DNA of 64,000 nucleotides from an uncultured Ruficoccus sp. (GTDB lineage Bacteria; Verrucomicrobiota; Verrucomicrobiia; Opitutales; Cerasicoccaceae). Of this stretch, positions 60,124 through 64,000 are shown in pieces (position 1 is the first letter of the stretch; each line of letters starts with the position of its first letter). The stretch spans positions 256,001 through 320,000 of the forward strand of contig OZ223481.1 in NCBI GenBank assembly GCA_965140785.1, in the 5' to 3' direction. The notes below the pieces were generated by a model. That model was not told where the DNA came from. It searched no databases and saw only the letters and a list, made by a program, of their open reading frames with translations. A program made the position numbers and the translations under genes.

Positions 60124-60765
60124 ATGAGTGAACATCCTGCCGTAACCCTGCTCCAAGAAAAACGCCTGCTGCCTGTCGCCGTCCTCGAGGACGTGGACGC
60201 CGGGCTCAAAACCGCCGCCGCGCTGCGTGAGGGCGGGCTGAACCTGATCGAGGTCACCCTGCGCAATCCCGCTGCCAAGGACGTCATCGCCGCCATCCTG
60301 AAGGAATTTCCGGACATGATCGTCGGGGCCGGAACGGTCCTCGACCCGGCCATGGTCCAGCCGCTGGCCGACATGGGCGTGCAGTTCTTTGTCGCGCCCG
60401 GCCTGAACGAGGAGGTCGTGGAAGCCGCGCACAATGTGGGCTGCCCGATCACGCCGGGGGTCGTGACCCCGAGCGAAGTGGATCGCGGCATCCGCCTGGG
60501 CTGCAAGGCCCTGAAGTTCTTCCCGGCTGAGCCGGCGGGCGGCGCCAAGATGCTCAAGGCGCTGACGGCGGCCTTTGGCCACACGGGCGTGAAGTTCATC
60601 CCGACCGGCGGCATCGACCTGGCCAAGGCCCCCAGCTACTGGGCGCTCAAGAGCGTGCTCGCCGTGGGCGGCTCGTGGTTTGTGGCCGGGGATCTGGTCA
60701 AGGCGGGCAAGTTTGACGAGATCGCCCGCATGACGAAGGAAGGCCTCGCCGCCGCCCAGGGCTGA
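60124..60765 (+). CDS. eda: KDPG/KHG aldolase
   Basis: IEVTLR, VGAGTV, PGVVTPSE, LKFFPA, FIPTGGI, VGGSW. Confidence 0.95.
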   Translation: MSEHPAVTLLQEKRLLPVAVLEDVDAGLKTAAALREGGLNLIEVTLRNPAAKDVIAAILKEFPDMIVGAGTVLDPAMVQPLADMGVQFFVAPGLNEEVVEAAHNVGCPITPGVVTPSEVDRGIRLGCKALKFFPAEPAGGAKMLKALTAAFGHTGVKFIPTGGIDLAKAPSYWALKSVLAVGGSWFVAGDLVKAGKFDEIARMTKEGLAAAQG

Positions 60766-60820
60766 TTGCTCTCAGCCACCGGCATCTCCATTCTTTATCT
60801 GACAACCTTGTCATTTTCGG

Positions 60821-60849
60821 GCTCCCGGTCTGCCGGCCGGGAGCTTTTT
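60821..60849 (+). terminator. Rho-independent terminator
   Basis: GCTCCCGGTC-TGCC-GGCCGGGAGC followed by TTTTT. Confidence 0.8.
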
Positions 60850-60987
60850 ACGCGCCTGTCGCTGGGTTTTCCGTATTGGCGGCTTGCGCGGCGGTAGGAT
60901 TTTATAGATAAAAGCATCACGCGCCCTTTCGCCATTCCGCCCATCGGCGAAAGGTGCGCGAACGAAATCTCCTACTGTCTTATCCTT

Positions 60988-62013
60988 ATGCGCAAGCTCC
61001 TGCCTCTGTTCATCGTCCCTCTCCTGATCGTACTCGCGGCTGGTCCGGGCTGCTCTAAAAAAGAAGAAGCGCCGGAGCAGGCGACATCGGCAGAGAAGCC
61101 TGCAGAAAAGAAGAGCTCGAAATCGCTGGCCGGGTCGTTGATCGAGCGGATCACCCAGCCGGAAGAAAAAACCGAGCCTGAAGCAGCGGCCGAACCTTCC
61201 ACCTACCAGGTCCGCTACCCGGACATTCGCCAGTATCTGGGAGGCGAGCCGGTCGTGGTGCAGAGCGAGCCGCTCAAAGGTGACCTGCACACGGCGATGG
61301 AGCGGCAGATCATGCTATTTAAGAGCCTGATGCAAATCGGCGATGGCGGCGGGGACTCTGCCGAGCGGCAAAAACTCCAGCGGAAGCTCGATGAGCTGCG
61401 GTATGCTTTTCCAGTGCCGGGGAGCGGAGACAAGTATGTCTATGAGCAGCCCTCCGACGCCGACTCTTCCCTCAATTTCTACCGTTATCCGGTTCGGGAC
61501 TACACCAACGCACGGATGGTCGAGGATTTCCGCCGTACAGCCGAGGGTGCACAACTGGACCAGATCGAGCAGGCCATCGACGCCCTGAATGGCGACCTGA
61601 ACAAGTGGGAGCGCCACATGAGCAAAGTTTCCGACCGCAGTTCCAACTATGAACGCTATAAGCAGTTGAAGGCCGACAACAGATTTCTCGATTACATGCC
61701 GACATATCTTGAGGAGTGGACCAGCTTGGCAAAGCAGGTGGCCGCGCTCAAACAGGACGCACCCGACCCCGCCGAAGCCCGCCGCCAGTGGGCTCAGTTT
61801 GAGCAGCAGGAGCTGCCCGAGTTGAACGCCTATATCGAGAAATGCTGCGTCAACCGCTGGCCGGTCAACGCCAACAACCGGACGCAGGCGGCGGTTTCCC
61901 GCGACGCGACGCTGTACCTCTGCCTCAATGTGGCCAACCGCCAGCTGTACTTCCCGCTCCAGCCGACCTGGGATCAGGGTCTGGGCATGACCATTGCGCA
62001 GGTAGGAAACTAA
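60988..62013 (+). CDS. Hypothetical lipoprotein
   Basis: MRK + hydrophobic core + lipobox-like GPGC followed by SKKEE. Confidence 0.75.
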   Translation: MRKLLPLFIVPLLIVLAAGPGCSKKEEAPEQATSAEKPAEKKSSKSLAGSLIERITQPEEKTEPEAAAEPSTYQVRYPDIRQYLGGEPVVVQSEPLKGDLHTAMERQIMLFKSLMQIGDGGGDSAERQKLQRKLDELRYAFPVPGSGDKYVYEQPSDADSSLNFYRYPVRDYTNARMVEDFRRTAEGAQLDQIEQAIDALNGDLNKWERHMSKVSDRSSNYERYKQLKADNRFLDYMPTYLEEWTSLAKQVAALKQDAPDPAEARRQWAQFEQQELPELNAYIEKCCVNRWPVNANNRTQAAVSRDATLYLCLNVANRQLYFPLQPTWDQGLGMTIAQVGN

Positions 62014-62183
62014 GTTGAATATGGCCAGTGATTTTCTCAAGACGTGGAGCCTGTGGTTGCTGTTGCTGCCTTCGCCCATCGCAGAGACGATGCAGTAAGC
62101 ATCGGAAGTGCAGGCTATGCCTGCCGCGGGCGCGGGCTGCGTAAGCCCGCAATCAATATGCCGCGAACTTCAAACTCGGGACA

Positions 62184-62795
62184 CTAGGCGGTAGCGCCGC
62201 TGGGGCGCGGCGGGCGTCCGCTGCGGCGGAAGCGTTTGATCAGCTTCACACTGAGCCAGAGGACGATACACAGCACGATGATCCCGATCAGGATGGGGAT
62301 CACCAGGGCCAGAATGGCGGTTACGAGGGAGCTGCCCGCCTCGACCGTGGAGACGATGGGGTTGCCCATGCCACCGGTGGTGGCGGTGGAAGTTCCACGG
62401 GTAAGGACCGTCCCGGCCTGGACGACACCGGCGGGGCCCCCGCCCATGAGGGCCGCCAGCGTCCATTTGACGCCGGGGTTCATGTCCGGCAGGACGGCAG
62501 CGGAAATGACCGTGCCGGCCACCAGCGCCGCCGGGGTGGCGATGCTGTCGAGCGCGTTGTCCACCCACGGAATGTAGTAGGCGGCGATTTCGGCTAGCGT
62601 GGCGGTGCACAGGCCGACGAGGGCAGGCCAGCTCTGTAGCCACTGGAAGCTCTCGCCCAGCTCGATCACGCCGCTACGGCCCGCTATGCTCAGCACCAGC
62701 ATGGGAATGAACACGCGAAAGCCCGCGGCGGCACTGAGGCCGATGCCCGCGACGACAGCGACAATGCCGGTTAGCGTTCCCTGGTCCATTTCCAT
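62184..62795 (-). CDS. DUF4126 membrane protein
   Basis: GIGLSAAAGFRVFIP, EIAAYYIPWVDNALD, NPIVSTVE. Confidence 0.9.
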   Translation of the reverse strand: MEMDQGTLTGIVAVVAGIGLSAAAGFRVFIPMLVLSIAGRSGVIELGESFQWLQSWPALVGLCTATLAEIAAYYIPWVDNALDSIATPAALVAGTVISAAVLPDMNPGVKWTLAALMGGGPAGVVQAGTVLTRGTSTATTGGMGNPIVSTVEAGSSLVTAILALVIPILIGIIVLCIVLWLSVKLIKRFRRSGRPPRPSGATA

Positions 62796-63020
62796 GATAA
62801 CTGATCTGCGTCGGTAATAACGTTTAGCAGATATCGGTCCGTTTGCAAAGGGCATAAGCGTTAACCGGGTGGGGGAGCAGGAGCGCCTGCGTACACGGCC
62901 TAGCCTGGGGTAGTCGTCTTCTATTGGTAGAAGTGCGGAGCCCCTTTTAGCACCGGCGCAGCCCGGTTTGAGAAAGCAATGGGCTTGCCTCGGGGGCGGG
63001 CATTACTTAGCGAATGGGGC

Positions 63021-63956
63021 ATGAGCAAACCTCAGAGGCACGCCGAGCATCTGCTGCGCCGGCTCAGTTGGGAAGAACTGGACCCCGCCTGGCTGCGGCG
63101 CCTGATCGAGATGGCCCGCGACGAAGACCTGGACGGGGCCGGGCTGCGCAAGCCGGCCACTCCCGGCGGCGACGCTACCACGGACCTGCTGGCCGCCGAC
63201 ACACGCGGCACGGTGGAGCTGGTCGCCCGCGAGCCCATGCGGCTCTGCGGCCTGCGGCTCGTTCCGCTGATTCTGGAGGTTTACGGTGGCGGCTGTGACT
63301 GGAGCCCGATGGCTCGCGACGGCACGCCGCTGGATGAGGGGGCCTTGATCGGGCGGATCGCCGGGCCGGTGGGGACTCTTTTACGGGCCGAGCGCGTCAT
63401 GCTGAACTTCCTCCAGCGCCTGAGCGGGATTTCCACCACGACGGCGCATTATGTCACTCTTCTGGGACAAAATGGACCGCGCCTGCTCGATACCCGTAAG
63501 ACCACGCCGGGCTTTCGCGTGCTGGAGAAGTACGCCGTCGCCACCGGCGGCGGGTGGAACCACCGGCTGGGGCTGTTTGACCGCATTATGTTGAAAGACA
63601 ATCACTTGGCCGCGAACGACGCCAGCGCGGGCGAGCGGCTGGCCGCGACTGTGCGGGCAGCCCGGGAGCGGCGCCCGGACCTCGCGGTCGAGGTCGAGGT
63701 GGACCACCTGGAGCAGATTCCGCCGGTGCTGGAAGCAGGGGCGGATGTGATTATGCTGGATAACTTTACTACCAAGGGCCTGCGCGAGGCCGTGGCGCTG
63801 ATCGGTGATCAAGCCTGGACCGAGGCCAGCGGCGGGATCAACGAAGCCAATGCCAAGTCCCTGTCCGGGCTCGGGCTGGACTTCATCTCCAGCGGGGCGG
63901 TCGTGCACCGCAGCCGCTGGATGGACATCGGGCTGGATTGGAGCGATCATGGGTGA
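63021..63956 (+). CDS. nadC: Quinolinate phosphoribosyltransferase
   Basis: AERVMLNFLQRLSGIST, DTRKTTPG, NHRLGLFD..MLKDNH, EVEVD, MLDN, EASGG. Confidence 0.96.
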   Translation: MSKPQRHAEHLLRRLSWEELDPAWLRRLIEMARDEDLDGAGLRKPATPGGDATTDLLAADTRGTVELVAREPMRLCGLRLVPLILEVYGGGCDWSPMARDGTPLDEGALIGRIAGPVGTLLRAERVMLNFLQRLSGISTTTAHYVTLLGQNGPRLLDTRKTTPGFRVLEKYAVATGGGWNHRLGLFDRIMLKDNHLAANDASAGERLAATVRAARERRPDLAVEVEVDHLEQIPPVLEAGADVIMLDNFTTKGLREAVALIGDQAWTEASGGINEANAKSLSGLGLDFISSGAVVHRSRWMDIGLDWSDHG

Positions 63957-64000
63957 GGTCAGCGACGCGGAAATCCTCGCCGCCTTCCTCGCCGCCGGGG
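63949..64000 (+). CDS. Start of the next gene (MGEVSDAEILAAFLAAG...), possibly BirA with an N-terminal HTH
   Basis: ATG overlaps the nadC end. Only 17 codons are visible, so identity is guessed from context. Confidence 0.4.
   Translation, partial: MGEVSDAEILAAFLAAG

Overview
High-GC bacterial chromosome segment. PEP-CTERM, H-X9-DG prepilin-like and MoxR/BatA loci suggest Verrucomicrobiota, probably Opitutales (inference). The left arm holds a MoxR-DUF58-BatA-DUF4175-vWA operon plus hydrolase and oxidoreductase genes. An AT-richer accessory block (~16.0-40.0 kb) runs from two IS5 remnants to the 3' end of tRNA-Pro(TGG). It contains (i) a glycan-utilisation locus with GH5, SGNH, prepilin-like and PEP-CTERM genes and (ii) a five-gene operon in which every protein has a signal peptide, ending in a 2203-aa Rhs/YD toxin, followed by an immunity gene. 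After that comes an orphan toxin-tip/immunity pair bracketed by two inverted copies of an 80-bp palindromic element, with an attC-like hairpin inside. This Rhs locus is the best candidate for an undescribed system. The right arm is core genome (miaB, queG, nadC, a uronate-type catabolic cluster with eda, an H-NS-like basic protein) and has four single-base frameshifts that look like assembly errors. All calls are made by eye from motifs; no database searches were run.
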